The notes under the pieces were generated by a model. The model did not search any database. It was not told where the DNA came from and was given only the letters and a program-made list of their open reading frames with translations. The translations under genes were made by a program, and so were the position numbers. Shown here piece after piece: positions 40,128 to 49,814 of a stretch of DNA of 64,000 bases; within the stretch, counting starts at the first letter, position 1; every line of letters begins with the position of its first letter. The stretch is from contig MHKS01000002.1 in assembly GCA_001818495.1 (NCBI GenBank), forward strand, positions 16,120-80,119, given 5' to 3'. This DNA comes from Candidatus Komeilibacteria bacterium RIFOXYD1_FULL_37_29. GTDB taxonomy: Bacteria; Patescibacteriota; Patescibacteriia; UBA1558; GWA2-36-10.

Positions 40128-40637
40128 GGGGAAATATTTTAGTATTTTTTATTGTTTTTATCAGGGCAGATAAAAAAAGGACAAAAATTTTTAGCTATTT
40201 TGTACTACATGTTGTGTCCAAAAATATTATAGCACACAAGATATAGATTTGCCAAATTTCTGTCTTTTGTTTTTATTTTGCAGTCAAAAACGCTTTGACC
40301 AGAGCTTTTATATTATAGTAGATGAAAAAAAATTTGTCCAATCTTGTCCGCCAACCGGCGGATTTTGGGCTATTGTCAGCCCAATAGCTATTTGCTATGA
40401 TACTTTCATGTCTAAAATATTTAAAAAATCATTTGTAAAAAATAGCAATTTATCTCAGCGACCAGTCCCGTCAGTCAAAGAAGACATTATGGATCCGATT
40501 TTATATAGTGGGGGTTTGGATAAGGAAAAATATCCACAGTTGCCACTGGAAAATGAGACTAAAGTAGAAGAGGATGTGGAGAACCCTTTAAATCAGCGAC
40601 GGACTTTATAATTATTAGTCTTTAAATTAGTCAAACA

Positions 40638-40670
40638 AAAAACCCCGCGTTAAACGCGGGGGATTTTATT
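40638..40670. terminator. Bidirectional terminator (ccccgcg/cgcgggg)
   Basis: seen directly, A-run before and T-run after. Confidence 0.6.
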
Positions 40671-40798
40671 TAACGACAGAGACAATTACCTCCTCCTTGT
40701 ATATACCAGGTAGCTAGCACCACATAAGTGACTAGAATAAAGGCAACCAAGATATATAGCATCAACCAAGGAAAAGTAAGCTTATTTTGTTTGGCCAT
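40670..40798 (-). CDS. Possible 42-aa membrane micro-protein (MAKQNKLTFPWLMLYILVAFILVTYVVLATWYIQGGGNCLCR)
   Basis: ORF below the 60-aa track cutoff; single TM; weak SD. Confidence 0.2.
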   Translation of the reverse strand: MAKQNKLTFPWLMLYILVAFILVTYVVLATWYIQGGGNCLCR

Positions 40799-40819
40799 AC
40801 TTTTTTAGTTAAGAATTAT

Positions 40820-42175
40820 TTATTTTAATATTACGGGTTGATTATACTTTAGTATTTCTACTTCACGTTTCAAATCCTCTCCTATCATTATAGCAAATTT
40901 TTGCAAACTTGGCTTGTCCCCATGGCTTAGACAGATTTTTTTGGGATTTTCGAAGTGTTTTAGCCACCCCAGCAAAGACCCCTGGTCAGCGTGAGCGGAG
41001 AAGCCATCGATTTGTTGGGTGGTGGCGTGGATGGGTATTTTTTGGCCATAGTAGTCAAAATCAAAGTCACCACTTAGTATTTGATAGCCCAAGGTGCCAG
41101 GAACTTGAAAACCCATGAAAAGTATTTGATTTTTTTTATCAGATACATATTGAGCTAGGTGGTGGATTATCCGTCCGCCTTCCATCATACCCGAGCCAGC
41201 CATGATAATCTTGGGGTTGGGGGTTTTATTTATTTCTTTGGATTGACGAATGTTGTTGGTTATCTTTAGATGAGGGAAATCAAAAATATCTCGGTCTCTT
41301 TCTAGATCAGCTTGGGCGGTTTCATTTAAATCTAGTAAATGCTTTTTGTATATTTTGGTAGCTTGAGCCGCCATGGGGCTGTCCAAAAATACTGGCACCT
41401 TAAAATCTATGTGTGACTCATAATAATCATTGAGTACCCGTAGGATATCTTGAGTGCGCTCAATAGCAAAGATAGTGATTAAGAGAGTAGATTTATTTAG
41501 GGTGGTACGCAGCAGTGCTTTGATTAGTTCTTGATCACGGGTTTTTATAGCTTGATGGCTTCTATCGCCATAGGTTGATTCACAAACTACATAGTCGGCT
41601 TTATCAATAAAGTCAACATCTTTGACCAAGGGCATATTTTGTCCACCTAGATCACCGGAGAAAACAATAGTTTTTGACCCAGCTTGTATTTTGATAATGG
41701 CCGAGCCCAAAATATGTCCGGCATTGTAGAGAGTAAAGCTGATGTCGGGGGTTAGCTGACGACTTTGATAATAGCTTATAGGTGTGAAACTCTTATTGGT
41801 TTTTAGGAGGTCGTTTTGACGGTAGAATCTGGGTATTTTTTTACGGAAGGATTTTTCTTCCATAATAAAGTAGCTGTCTTCCAAAACTATTTTAGCCAAA
41901 TCAATAGTGGCCGGGGTGGCAAAAATCGGTCCATTGTAGCCTTCGGCGTAGAGCTTGGGCAGACGGCCGCAGTGATCCAAGTGGGCGTGGGTTAAAATAA
42001 CCGCGTCCAAACTTTTCGGATCAAATAAAAATTTGTCCCAGTTTTTTACATAGTTTTCCCAGTCGCCTTGCCACAGGCCACAGTCAATCAGTATTCGGTG
42101 GCCATCAATATTTAAGAGATGACATGATCCGGTGACTTCTTCGGTGGCTCCATAGGATGTTAATTTTATTTCCAT
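40820..42175 (-). CDS. MBL-fold metallo-hydrolase of the beta-CASP RNA-metabolising family (RNase J/CPSF-like)
   Basis: 451 aa; HAHLDHCG motif and beta-CASP layout. Confidence 0.7.
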   Translation of the reverse strand: MEIKLTSYGATEEVTGSCHLLNIDGHRILIDCGLWQGDWENYVKNWDKFLFDPKSLDAVILTHAHLDHCGRLPKLYAEGYNGPIFATPATIDLAKIVLEDSYFIMEEKSFRKKIPRFYRQNDLLKTNKSFTPISYYQSRQLTPDISFTLYNAGHILGSAIIKIQAGSKTIVFSGDLGGQNMPLVKDVDFIDKADYVVCESTYGDRSHQAIKTRDQELIKALLRTTLNKSTLLITIFAIERTQDILRVLNDYYESHIDFKVPVFLDSPMAAQATKIYKKHLLDLNETAQADLERDRDIFDFPHLKITNNIRQSKEINKTPNPKIIMAGSGMMEGGRIIHHLAQYVSDKKNQILFMGFQVPGTLGYQILSGDFDFDYYGQKIPIHATTQQIDGFSAHADQGSLLGWLKHFENPKKICLSHGDKPSLQKFAIMIGEDLKREVEILKYNQPVILK

Positions 42176-42205
42176 TGTTGATATTTTTAAAAGTAGCTTT
42201 ATATT

Positions 42206-43051
42206 CTATGCACATAAAGTTTTGAGCAATTTGTTTAGATACTTGAAGTCGCCATCGTCAGTTATTATTATATCAAAGTTTTTTAAAAAAGTATTTTTTA
42301 TTTTTGGCTCAGAGTAGTTTAAGAATCCCACTTTTATCAGCTGATCATAAGCAAAGCCAGTGATCATAGCGACATCGCTGATATTATCTCCTAGCAAAAT
42401 AACATTTTTTCTCTGAGAAATTTGCCGATAAATTTTAGGGAAATTTTTAAGCACTGTTTCGTCTTTGTTTAAAGAGTGAATGATTGGTTCTTTGATGGCC
42501 AAGGCCTGACCAGATTTTGACCACTTCAGAGAATTGACAATATAGTGAATGTTTTTATAATTTTTTTTGGCGTTTTTAAAATACAGTGGTACCGCTTCGC
42601 CGACACCGCTGGCTGATAAAATCACTAGGGGAATTTTTTTGGTTTTTAGATAATCTAAAAATTCCGGTGCTCCTTGGCGAAATTTTATCTGCGGGTCTTT
42701 AACTATTTTTAGTAGGTCATATTTACTCAGACCAGATTTTATTAATAGTTTTTTATGAGTGCGCCACCAGGTGTTCATAGCTTTTTTCTTTTTAGACAAA
42801 GCCAGGTTCGGATCTTTTTCTATTGGTTGGTATTTATCAAATAAAGCATGCGCTTTTTTAGCATAGTCAGCGCTGAGATAATGGCCGTTTCTTAAAATAG
42901 CGATTAAAGATGGTGTGGGGACATTATTGATGGCACGATAAGTCATGGTGCGGTCAAAATCAGCCAAGACATGTAGTTTAGCTGGACCGTCTTGTCGGAT
43001 GGCTTTTATAGTAGCCGCTAATTTTTTTGCTTTAGGTATGATGATGCTCAT
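42206..43051 (-). CDS. HAD-superfamily hydrolase, pyrimidine 5'-nucleotidase (UMPH-1)-like
   Basis: 281 aa; motif I LADFDRTMT, ILSASG, GDNISDVAM. Confidence 0.45.
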   Translation of the reverse strand: MSIIIPKAKKLAATIKAIRQDGPAKLHVLADFDRTMTYRAINNVPTPSLIAILRNGHYLSADYAKKAHALFDKYQPIEKDPNLALSKKKKAMNTWWRTHKKLLIKSGLSKYDLLKIVKDPQIKFRQGAPEFLDYLKTKKIPLVILSASGVGEAVPLYFKNAKKNYKNIHYIVNSLKWSKSGQALAIKEPIIHSLNKDETVLKNFPKIYRQISQRKNVILLGDNISDVAMITGFAYDQLIKVGFLNYSEPKIKNTFLKNFDIIITDDGDFKYLNKLLKTLCA

Positions 43052-43123
43052 GATTAGTGTTTGATAATATGAGCATTATAGCATAAAAAGGCTCTTTTCT
43101 AAAAAATTGAGAAGGGCTATTCT

Positions 43124-43152
43124 TTGACAAAATTAAAAAAGTATGTTATAGT
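43124..43152 (+). promoter_or_regulatory. Sigma-70-type promoter TTGACA-17-TATAGT
   Basis: seen directly upstream of 43212 CDS. Confidence 0.5.
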
Positions 43153-43211
43153 ATGATTTAATTATCTGTTCTTGAAATCAATCACCACTTTATAGAGAAA
43201 GGGATTCTTTT

Positions 43212-43610
43212 ATGAAAACCAGCTCTTACGTACTGAGCATCCTAGTGGTGGCAGCTTTAATCGCCGGTTTCTATTTCAAGTATTCGTATTCGTACGGAAA
43301 CTTGCACGGTGAACAGCTGTCCATCTTCTGGGGAGCGACAGCTTATGTCGCGGTGGTGGCTATCGGAGTAGGCCGCTCCTTTGTTTGGGGGCTTCTTGTT
43401 GGAGTCATGACAGGTGTTGTTGCCTGGCGTGTTTTCTCGGCACTTATGCCTGAGTACCAAACACAAATGCTCCTAGCCTGCGGCTTGGTCTATTCGCTAC
43501 TGTTTTTGATCAGTAGTGCGGTTCATGAGAACCACAAGGAAAAGACCTCCACTACTATAGCTGATCAGAGCTACAGGATCCAAGCAGGCGCCAAAGCACT
43601 TCTTGGCTAA
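43212..43610 (+). CDS. Hypothetical membrane protein
   Basis: 132 aa, 3-4 TM; GC-rich (~50%). Confidence 0.4.
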   Translation: MKTSSYVLSILVVAALIAGFYFKYSYSYGNLHGEQLSIFWGATAYVAVVAIGVGRSFVWGLLVGVMTGVVAWRVFSALMPEYQTQMLLACGLVYSLLFLISSAVHENHKEKTSTTIADQSYRIQAGAKALLG

Positions 43611-43623
43611 TTGTACCCACCAA

Positions 43624-43737
43624 ATTTTTGGCCGCGACACGTCACACGTGTCGCGGTTTCTCGTTTTGACAAAAATAATTTCTCCAGATATTATTTAAAT
43701 AGATAAAGTTCTATTCAAATTTTTTGGAGAAGCTATG
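43624..43737 (+). repeat. 114-bp cassette copy A: hairpin terminator (ccgcgacacgt-cac-acgtgtcgcgg) + TTGACA-17-ATATTA promoter + GGAGAAG RBS + ATG
   Basis: identical to 44452-44565; the ATG here opens only a 5-codon leader (MIAKE*) whose stop overlaps the aaggag SD of the 43758 gene. Confidence 0.85.
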
Positions 43738-43757
43738 ATAGCAAAGGAGTAGTAATT

Positions 43758-44444
43758 ATGAATATAACACAAGTAATGCCACGATGTGTTTTTATCCCTA
43801 GGACAGTACTCTCGATAGCCTTGAAGCTACTTCAGCTGGTGATACTGAAGTTGGCAAAATGGAATGTAGATCCCAATTATATTACAATAATTGGGCTTAT
43901 AACAAACCTATTGGCGTCATACTTCGCATATGTACAACAGTTTTTAATTTCGGGTTTGTTATTAGCATTCGGAGGATTATGTGATTACATAGATGGTGGA
44001 GTGGCACGAGCAACACTACGTAATTCATCAAGAGGCGCTGCCCTTGATTCTATCGCTGACAGATTGTCGGAGATGGTATTTCTAACAGCTTTGGGGTTCT
44101 TTTTTGAACAATATGGTTCAAGAATACTCGCAATTTTATCCTTTGTTGCATTGATCGGTAGTATACTGACTAGCTACGCACGAGCTATTTCTAGAGCGGA
44201 AAGCATGGGTGTATTTAGTTGTTTATTCTATCGGCAGGACAGAGTGATAATCCTAGTTGTGGGATTGCTATTAACATCGGTAAATAGTTTATTGTTTAAT
44301 AGCAATTCTCAATCTCAAGGGGACATTGGCCAATTATTTGCGATTGCTTATTGGCCTTTGTCAATATCAGTTATAGTTCTGGCTATTTTTACGTGTATTT
44401 CTGCTGGTCAGAGAATTTTATCAATTTGGAAGAGCGACTCCTAA
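43758..44444 (+). CDS. CDP-alcohol phosphatidyltransferase family protein (PgsA/PssA-like)
   Basis: 228 aa; DYIDGGVARATLRNSSRGAALDSIADRLSE = D-G-x2-A-R-x8-G-x3-D-x3-D signature; polytopic. Confidence 0.75.
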   Translation: MNITQVMPRCVFIPRTVLSIALKLLQLVILKLAKWNVDPNYITIIGLITNLLASYFAYVQQFLISGLLLAFGGLCDYIDGGVARATLRNSSRGAALDSIADRLSEMVFLTALGFFFEQYGSRILAILSFVALIGSILTSYARAISRAESMGVFSCLFYRQDRVIILVVGLLLTSVNSLLFNSNSQSQGDIGQLFAIAYWPLSISVIVLAIFTCISAGQRILSIWKSDS

Positions 44445-44451
44445 TGTCCTT

Positions 44452-44565
44452 ATTTTTGGCCGCGACACGTCACACGTGTCGCGGTTTCTCGTTTTGACAA
44501 AAATAATTTCTCCAGATATTATTTAAATAGATAAAGTTCTATTCAAATTTTTTGGAGAAGCTATG
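44452..44565 (+). repeat. 114-bp cassette copy B (terminator-promoter-RBS-ATG)
   Basis: 100% identical to copy A; here the ATG starts a 28-aa hydrophobic peptide ORF. Confidence 0.85.
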
Positions 44566-44649
44566 TTTAAGACAATGTTTTATACCAAGTGTGTTCTGAC
44601 CGCTTTAGGTTGGATCTTGTTCATCATTGCGATGATCGCCAGCAAATAA
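44563..44649 (+). CDS. 28-aa hydrophobic micro-peptide (MFKTMFYTKCVLTALGWILFIIAMIASK)
   Basis: driven by duplicated promoter/RBS cassette; single TM; bidirectional terminator 44679-44706 follows. Confidence 0.35.
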   Translation: MFKTMFYTKCVLTALGWILFIIAMIASK

Positions 44650-44727
44650 TGGACCCTCTCCATCAAAAATCCTCGCCAAAAAACTCGGACTAGTTCCGAG
44701 TTTTTCGCTTTCAAAGTTTTTTAGTAA

Positions 44728-45351
44728 TTATATTTTTCCGACTAGATTCAAACCAGGTTTTAGAGTGTCTTGGCCGGGTTGCCAATTGGCTGGACAAACC
44801 TGATCGCCATATTTAGCAACAAATTGTGCGGCTTGCAGTTTACGCATCAGCTCATCACCACTTCGGCCGATACCGTCACCATGTATTTCAATGGTTTTTA
44901 TTTTTCCTTCCGGAGAAATAATATAAGTACCGCGTAAAGCAATGCCTTGATTGGCTATTAGCACGCCGTATTTTCTACAAATTTCATGGGAGGCGTCAGC
45001 TAGCATAGGAAATTTTATTTTTTTAATCGTATCACTAGCTTCATACCAAGATTTGTGCACCTCTACTGTATCGGTAGAAACTGATAATACTTCGGTATTG
45101 AGATTTTTGATAGTTTGATAACGATTGGCTACATCACCGAGCTCGGTTGGGCAGACAAAAGTAAAATCTTTGGGGTAAAAGATCAAAATTACCCATTTGC
45201 CTCGATAATCTTTTAGGCTAATTTTTTTGGCACTATCTTCATGATAGGCCTCAGCTGTAAAATCGGGAGCTAGAGAGTCTATCGGCGGGGTCAGGTTGTC
45301 AAAATATTCTTCTTGGCAGCACTGGCCACCACAACAGTTTTCTTTTTCCAT
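44728..45351 (-). CDS. Peroxiredoxin (typical 2-Cys, AhpC/Prx1 family) with Cys-rich N-terminal extension
   Basis: 207 aa; FYPKDFTFVCPTE peroxidatic Cys motif; N-terminal CCGGQCC. Confidence 0.9.
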   Translation of the reverse strand: MEKENCCGGQCCQEEYFDNLTPPIDSLAPDFTAEAYHEDSAKKISLKDYRGKWVILIFYPKDFTFVCPTELGDVANRYQTIKNLNTEVLSVSTDTVEVHKSWYEASDTIKKIKFPMLADASHEICRKYGVLIANQGIALRGTYIISPEGKIKTIEIHGDGIGRSGDELMRKLQAAQFVAKYGDQVCPANWQPGQDTLKPGLNLVGKI

Positions 45352-45370
45352 ATTTGATTTAGGTTATTTA

Positions 45371-46261
45371 TTAAATAATAAAGCCGATTTTTTTGAGGAG
45401 CTGTTCTCCTTTGTAAATACCGTGCTCATAAGACTGATGGATGCGGTCTAGATTTTTTTCAGTTTTGGAAATATATATTTCATCATAGACTACGTGAACA
45501 TTTTTATAGCCCCTTAAGGTCTCTATATAAGGGTAGCTAAACAGGCTAAAAAAATGTTTAATGCCATAGGCCAACCCTAAATAACGGGTTTTAAATAAAA
45601 GGTCTAGCAGGTCCCAAAGGATATATTTTAAAACTCGTGGGACGGTTTTTTTGTCGTTGAAAATATAAAATATTTGTTTGTCCGGGTGTTTGCTAATGAC
45701 ATTTTTTATAAAATCGCGGGTGGGCATAATACCGCCGTCATAGTAAAGTTCATTTTTTATTTTGGTATAAGCATAAGGCGGTATTTTGGCCGATTGAACC
45801 AAACGATTAATGGTGTCTATTTTAGCGTCGAGATATTCCAAACCCAAAGTATCAGGATTAAAGACCCGGACATAGAAGTTGACGGGTGATTGTTTGATGC
45901 TTTTGACATCTAGTTTGGTTTCGCCCATGGTTTCTATTTCCCGAGCATAATCTAGGTCAATAATGTCAAAGGATTTTTTGTAAAGTAGTAGTTGCCAAAA
46001 TTTATGCCAAATTATTTTTGGTGATAAGTCTGTTAGGAAACGATGTTTTTTGCATAATTTATCATGATAGATTTGAGCAGCCAATTCGGTTTGATGAGCC
46101 AAAAAATAAGCTGAGCTGTGAGCGCCAGAAGACACAGCGTAAATAGAGTGTACGCGATCATAAATATTGTGTCTTTCAAAGGCTGTTAAAACACCGGTGC
46201 TAAATATTCCCTGGATGGTACCGCCTTTGACAATGATGATAATATCTCGCTCTGTTTCCAT
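45371..46261 (-). CDS. Patatin-like phospholipase family protein
   Basis: 296 aa; GGTIQG oxyanion region, AVSSGA (GxSxG-like) and YDGGI (DGG) motif. Confidence 0.5.
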   Translation of the reverse strand: METERDIIIIVKGGTIQGIFSTGVLTAFERHNIYDRVHSIYAVSSGAHSSAYFLAHQTELAAQIYHDKLCKKHRFLTDLSPKIIWHKFWQLLLYKKSFDIIDLDYAREIETMGETKLDVKSIKQSPVNFYVRVFNPDTLGLEYLDAKIDTINRLVQSAKIPPYAYTKIKNELYYDGGIMPTRDFIKNVISKHPDKQIFYIFNDKKTVPRVLKYILWDLLDLLFKTRYLGLAYGIKHFFSLFSYPYIETLRGYKNVHVVYDEIYISKTEKNLDRIHQSYEHGIYKGEQLLKKIGFII

Positions 46262-46278
46262 GATTTTTGACTAGTAGT

Positions 46279-46893
46279 TTATTTATTGGCCTGATATTTT
46301 TCGGCTACCTTTAGCCAGTTTATCACATTAAAGAAGTTTTCGACAAATTCGGCGCGGCGATTTTGGTATTTTAAATAATAGGAGTGTTCCCAGACATCAA
46401 TGCCTAAGATTGGTTGATGACCCAAAGAATAAGGACTATCTTGATTGCTAGTTTTTTCTATGATTAGTTTTCCATCAACCAAAGATAGCCAAGCCCAGCC
46501 AGCACCAAAAACAGTCATAGCGGCAGTGGTAAACTCCTCTTTAAATTTTTCAAAAGAGTTGAAGCTGCTAATAATGGCTTTAAGTAGCTCTCCTTGTGGT
46601 TTACCGCCTTGGCCGGCTGGAGCCATAATTTCCCAGAAAAAATTGTGATGGACATGACCCCCGCCGTGATTTTTGACAGCGGTACGTATTTCTTCGGGCA
46701 CAGAGTTTAGCTGACTGAGTATTTCTTCAGCCGATTTTTCAGCTAGTTTTGGATAATTTTCTAAGGCTTTATTAAAATTGGTAGTGTAGGCGACATGGTG
46801 TTTATCATGATGAATTTTCATAGTCGCTTCGTCTATATATGGTTCTAAAGCATTGTAAGCATATGGTAAATCTGGTGTTTGAAATTGTGACAT
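46279..46893 (-). CDS. sodA: Fe/Mn superoxide dismutase
   Basis: 204 aa; LPYAYNALEPYID...HHDKHH, DVWEHSYY. Confidence 0.9.
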   Translation of the reverse strand: MSQFQTPDLPYAYNALEPYIDEATMKIHHDKHHVAYTTNFNKALENYPKLAEKSAEEILSQLNSVPEEIRTAVKNHGGGHVHHNFFWEIMAPAGQGGKPQGELLKAIISSFNSFEKFKEEFTTAAMTVFGAGWAWLSLVDGKLIIEKTSNQDSPYSLGHQPILGIDVWEHSYYLKYQNRRAEFVENFFNVINWLKVAEKYQANK

Positions 46894-46923
46894 ATATTTT
46901 ATTGGTTAGTTTATTAAATAATT

Positions 46924-47595
46924 TTAGCCGAAGTATTTTTCCGTATAGAATCTGATTAGTTGTTCTACTTCGGGAATAACTTCGGGATTACCTACACCCA
47001 CTTTGGTTTTTTTCTGGACGGCTTCCAGAGTCTGAGCTCCTTCGAGGACGGCTTCTTCAATATCGTGATCGGTGACATTGGCCGCTTTGTCTATGATACG
47101 GACCTGCTCTTTGACCACGCGATCTTTTTGATGAGATTTTATAAAATAATTGTTAATGGCCGAGCGCAAGGCCTTATCACCCAAGACAGAGCAGTGTATT
47201 TTTCTGGTTGGTAGATCGCCGAGACGTTTGGTGATATCTTGTGGCTTGATGCTAAGCGCTTGGGCTATTTTCATGCCGCCATTTTCAGTGACCATCACAG
47301 ATAGCATAGAGGTAGCCGCTATGGCGCTACCGCAACCAAAGGTTTGCCACTTCATTTCTTGGAGGCGGTCGTCTTTTTTATCTACTTTTATCCAGATTTT
47401 CATCATATCACCGCAGGCTGGGGAGCCGACCATACCTAAGCCGTCGTAGCCTTTCATAGCCGAAGCATCCATGACCAGATTTTTGGGGTGGAAAAAATGT
47501 TCTTTGACTATATCAGTGTAGACCCAGACGTCATTGGTGCCTTTGGGCACCACATCCACAGCGCTGGCCGCACTGATTTTCTTTTTAGTAGTCAT
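46924..47595 (-). CDS. Fe-S cluster assembly scaffold NifU/IscU-like
   Basis: 223 aa; GSPACGDMMK, TFGCGSAIA, KIHCSVLG three-Cys scaffold motifs. Confidence 0.8.
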   Translation of the reverse strand: MTTKKKISAASAVDVVPKGTNDVWVYTDIVKEHFFHPKNLVMDASAMKGYDGLGMVGSPACGDMMKIWIKVDKKDDRLQEMKWQTFGCGSAIAATSMLSVMVTENGGMKIAQALSIKPQDITKRLGDLPTRKIHCSVLGDKALRSAINNYFIKSHQKDRVVKEQVRIIDKAANVTDHDIEEAVLEGAQTLEAVQKKTKVGVGNPEVIPEVEQLIRFYTEKYFG

Positions 47596-47621
47596 ATATA
47601 TAAATGTCTTTTAATTATTAT

Positions 47622-48863
47622 TTAAAGTTCAATGATTTGCCGAGGTGCATTTTTTATCGCTTTGGCTACTTCATCCATATCAACGCGCACTGGACTGGCG
47701 TGTCGTAAGTGATCCACTATTTTTGGTAAATGTTTGATAACATAGTCTATGTCATCTTCGGTGGTAGCTTTACCCAAAGTAAAACGCATGGATCCATGAG
47801 CCACTTCATAAGGGCAGCCCAGGGCTCTGATGACATGCGACGGATCAAGGGTCGTAGAGGTGCAAGCTGAGCCGGTAGAAGCCTGGATACCTATTTCATC
47901 AAGATAAAGTAACATGGCTTCGCCTTCAATATCTAGGATAGAAATATTGACATTATTGGGCAGTCTTTGGCTGGGGTGGCCATTTAATCTAGTTTTGGGA
48001 ATTATAGCCAAAATTTCTTTGATTAATTTATCTCGCAATTTTATCAGTCGGGCATTTTCTTTGGTCTGCGACTGGTGCGCTAGTTCCAAGGCAGTGGCTA
48101 AGCCGACTATGCCCGGGACGTTTTCTGTACCAGAGCGAATATTTTTTTCCTGACCGCCACCGTCAATAATTGGTCCCAGGTTGGTGCCAGTTTTCATATA
48201 CAAAGCGCCGACGCCTTTAGGGCCGTAGACCTTAGAGCCATTGATAGTCAAAAGATCAACGTGTAGTTTTTTGACGTTTAAATCTAATGTTCCACCAGCT
48301 TGGCAGGCATCAGTGTGGAAGTAAATTATTGGTAATCCTTTGGCTATTCTTTCGCGGTTTATTTTTTCTATCAAAGCGCCGATTTTTTGAATATCTTGAA
48401 TCACGCCAATTTCATTATTGGCTATCATGATAGAAATTAGCTTGGTGTTGTCTTTAATAGCTTTTTCAATATCTTCTAATCTGATAAAACCTTGGTCATC
48501 GACCGGTAAAATAGAGACACTGTGGCCGAGTTTTTTCAAAGTATCAGCGGTATGTAAAACAGCGTGGTGCTCTATGGAGGAGGTAATAAAGTGAGCGCCG
48601 GGATTTTTTTGTAAAACACCTTTTAAAGCTAGATTAATACTTTCGGTTCCGCCACCAGTAAAGATTAGCTCATCGGCTTGGCAGTCTAGTAACTGACTGA
48701 TTTTTACGCGAGCCAAGGTAATAGCATTTTTGCTTTGTAGTCCCAATTGGTAAAGACTGGAAGGGTTGCCATAATATTTGGTCCAATATGGCTCCATAGC
48801 TTTGACTACCCGCGGGTCAGTCGGGGTAGTAGAAGCGTGATCTAGATATATATTTTTTTTCAT
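47622..48863 (-). CDS. Cysteine desulfurase (NifS/IscS, class V aminotransferase)
   Basis: 413 aa; PLP-Lys SGHKVYGPKGVGALY and active-site SSGSACTS. Confidence 0.9.
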   Translation of the reverse strand: MKKNIYLDHASTTPTDPRVVKAMEPYWTKYYGNPSSLYQLGLQSKNAITLARVKISQLLDCQADELIFTGGGTESINLALKGVLQKNPGAHFITSSIEHHAVLHTADTLKKLGHSVSILPVDDQGFIRLEDIEKAIKDNTKLISIMIANNEIGVIQDIQKIGALIEKINRERIAKGLPIIYFHTDACQAGGTLDLNVKKLHVDLLTINGSKVYGPKGVGALYMKTGTNLGPIIDGGGQEKNIRSGTENVPGIVGLATALELAHQSQTKENARLIKLRDKLIKEILAIIPKTRLNGHPSQRLPNNVNISILDIEGEAMLLYLDEIGIQASTGSACTSTTLDPSHVIRALGCPYEVAHGSMRFTLGKATTEDDIDYVIKHLPKIVDHLRHASPVRVDMDEVAKAIKNAPRQIIEL

Positions 48864-48866
48864 AAA

Positions 48867-49328
48867 TTATTTTAAAGCTTTAAGTATTTCTTGATTTTTC
48901 GGCAGACCGCGCTGTAAAAAGATAATTTTTCCCTTTTTATCTATTAAAATTACGGATCTTTTAACGCTTTCATGGCCAAACATAAATTTTAAGGCTTTGT
49001 ATTTTTGAGCCACTTGATGATCTTTATCTATTAAAAGGTCAAAGGGAAAACGGTAATTGTTTATAAAGTCCTGATGTGATTTTTCATCGGCTGGATTGAT
49101 ACCCAACACTTCGATGTCCAACTCTTTCAACTTAGTAAAGTCATCTCTTAAAGCACAGAGCTGTTTGGTACAGCCGGGGGTATTATCACCGGGATAAAAA
49201 ATTAGCAAGACATTTCTTTTGCCTAAATAATTTTTTAGAGAGATTTCTTCCCCTGATTGGTTTTTCAGAGAAAATAAAGGCGCCTGATCACCAATTTTGA
49301 TAGGCGGTATGTCTTGATAAACTGACAT
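48867..49328 (-). CDS. bcp: Thioredoxin-dependent peroxiredoxin Bcp
   Basis: 153 aa; FYPGDNTPGCTKQLC. Confidence 0.85.
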   Translation of the reverse strand: MSVYQDIPPIKIGDQAPLFSLKNQSGEEISLKNYLGKRNVLLIFYPGDNTPGCTKQLCALRDDFTKLKELDIEVLGINPADEKSHQDFINNYRFPFDLLIDKDHQVAQKYKALKFMFGHESVKRSVILIDKKGKIIFLQRGLPKNQEILKALK

Positions 49329-49333
49329 ACGAT

Positions 49334-49552
49334 TTATTTTAGAGGAGGATGAATCTGTTTGCCGTCATCATCATAGATAATGATAGCGTTGACCGGACAG
49401 CTTTGAGCAGCTTGTAAAATTGTTTGCCTATCATCTCCGGTAGGGTTTTTTACTACGGCGATGCCCTCATCATCAAGCTCAAAGGTATTGGGAGCAATAG
49501 CTACACAGCTAGCCACACTGGTACAGAGTTCTCTGTCTACTTCTATGCGCAT
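49334..49552 (-). CDS. Small ferredoxin-like protein (divergent 4Fe-4S mono-cluster)
   Basis: 72 aa; CTSVASC...C...CP pattern. Confidence 0.45.
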   Translation of the reverse strand: MRIEVDRELCTSVASCVAIAPNTFELDDEGIAVVKNPTGDDRQTILQAAQSCPVNAIIIYDDDGKQIHPPLK

Positions 49553-49620
49553 ATTTGAATTATTTTTAATTATAATATAGTAGTATTATTGTAACCCAAA
49601 ATGAAAAATTTTTATATAGG

Positions 49621-49649
49621 TTGACAAAAGGCGTTTTTAATGCTATACT
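49621..49649 (+). promoter_or_regulatory. Promoter TTGACA-17-TATACT
   Basis: seen directly. Confidence 0.45.
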
Positions 49650-49665
49650 GTATTGGTAAGTTAGA

Positions 49666-49710
49666 ATTGGCACTCGGTTCCAAAGGGAACTATGCCAATT
49701 TTTATTTTTC
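49666..49710 (+). terminator. Hairpin + T-run immediately (~15 nt) downstream of promoter: attenuator or ~55-nt sRNA
   Basis: attggcactcgGTTCCaaagGGAACtatgccaat + tttttattttt. Confidence 0.4.
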
Positions 49711-49814
49711 TATGATATAATTTAGTAGAAAAATGATTAATGCCCCAATTTTAATTAATAACTTACAATAAACTTCCATATTTTCTTCGTGAAAAATGGT
49801 AGGAGGAATAAATT

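Noticed and set aside
47150-47449. Antisense ORFs inside nifU, nifS, nrdJ, korA and the large surface protein (e.g. 46960-47214, 47914-48153, 39025-39873, 50910-52008, 55312-55533, 57123-57380, 58030-58833)
   Set aside because: Each is fully embedded opposite a confidently identified longer gene and lacks start context.
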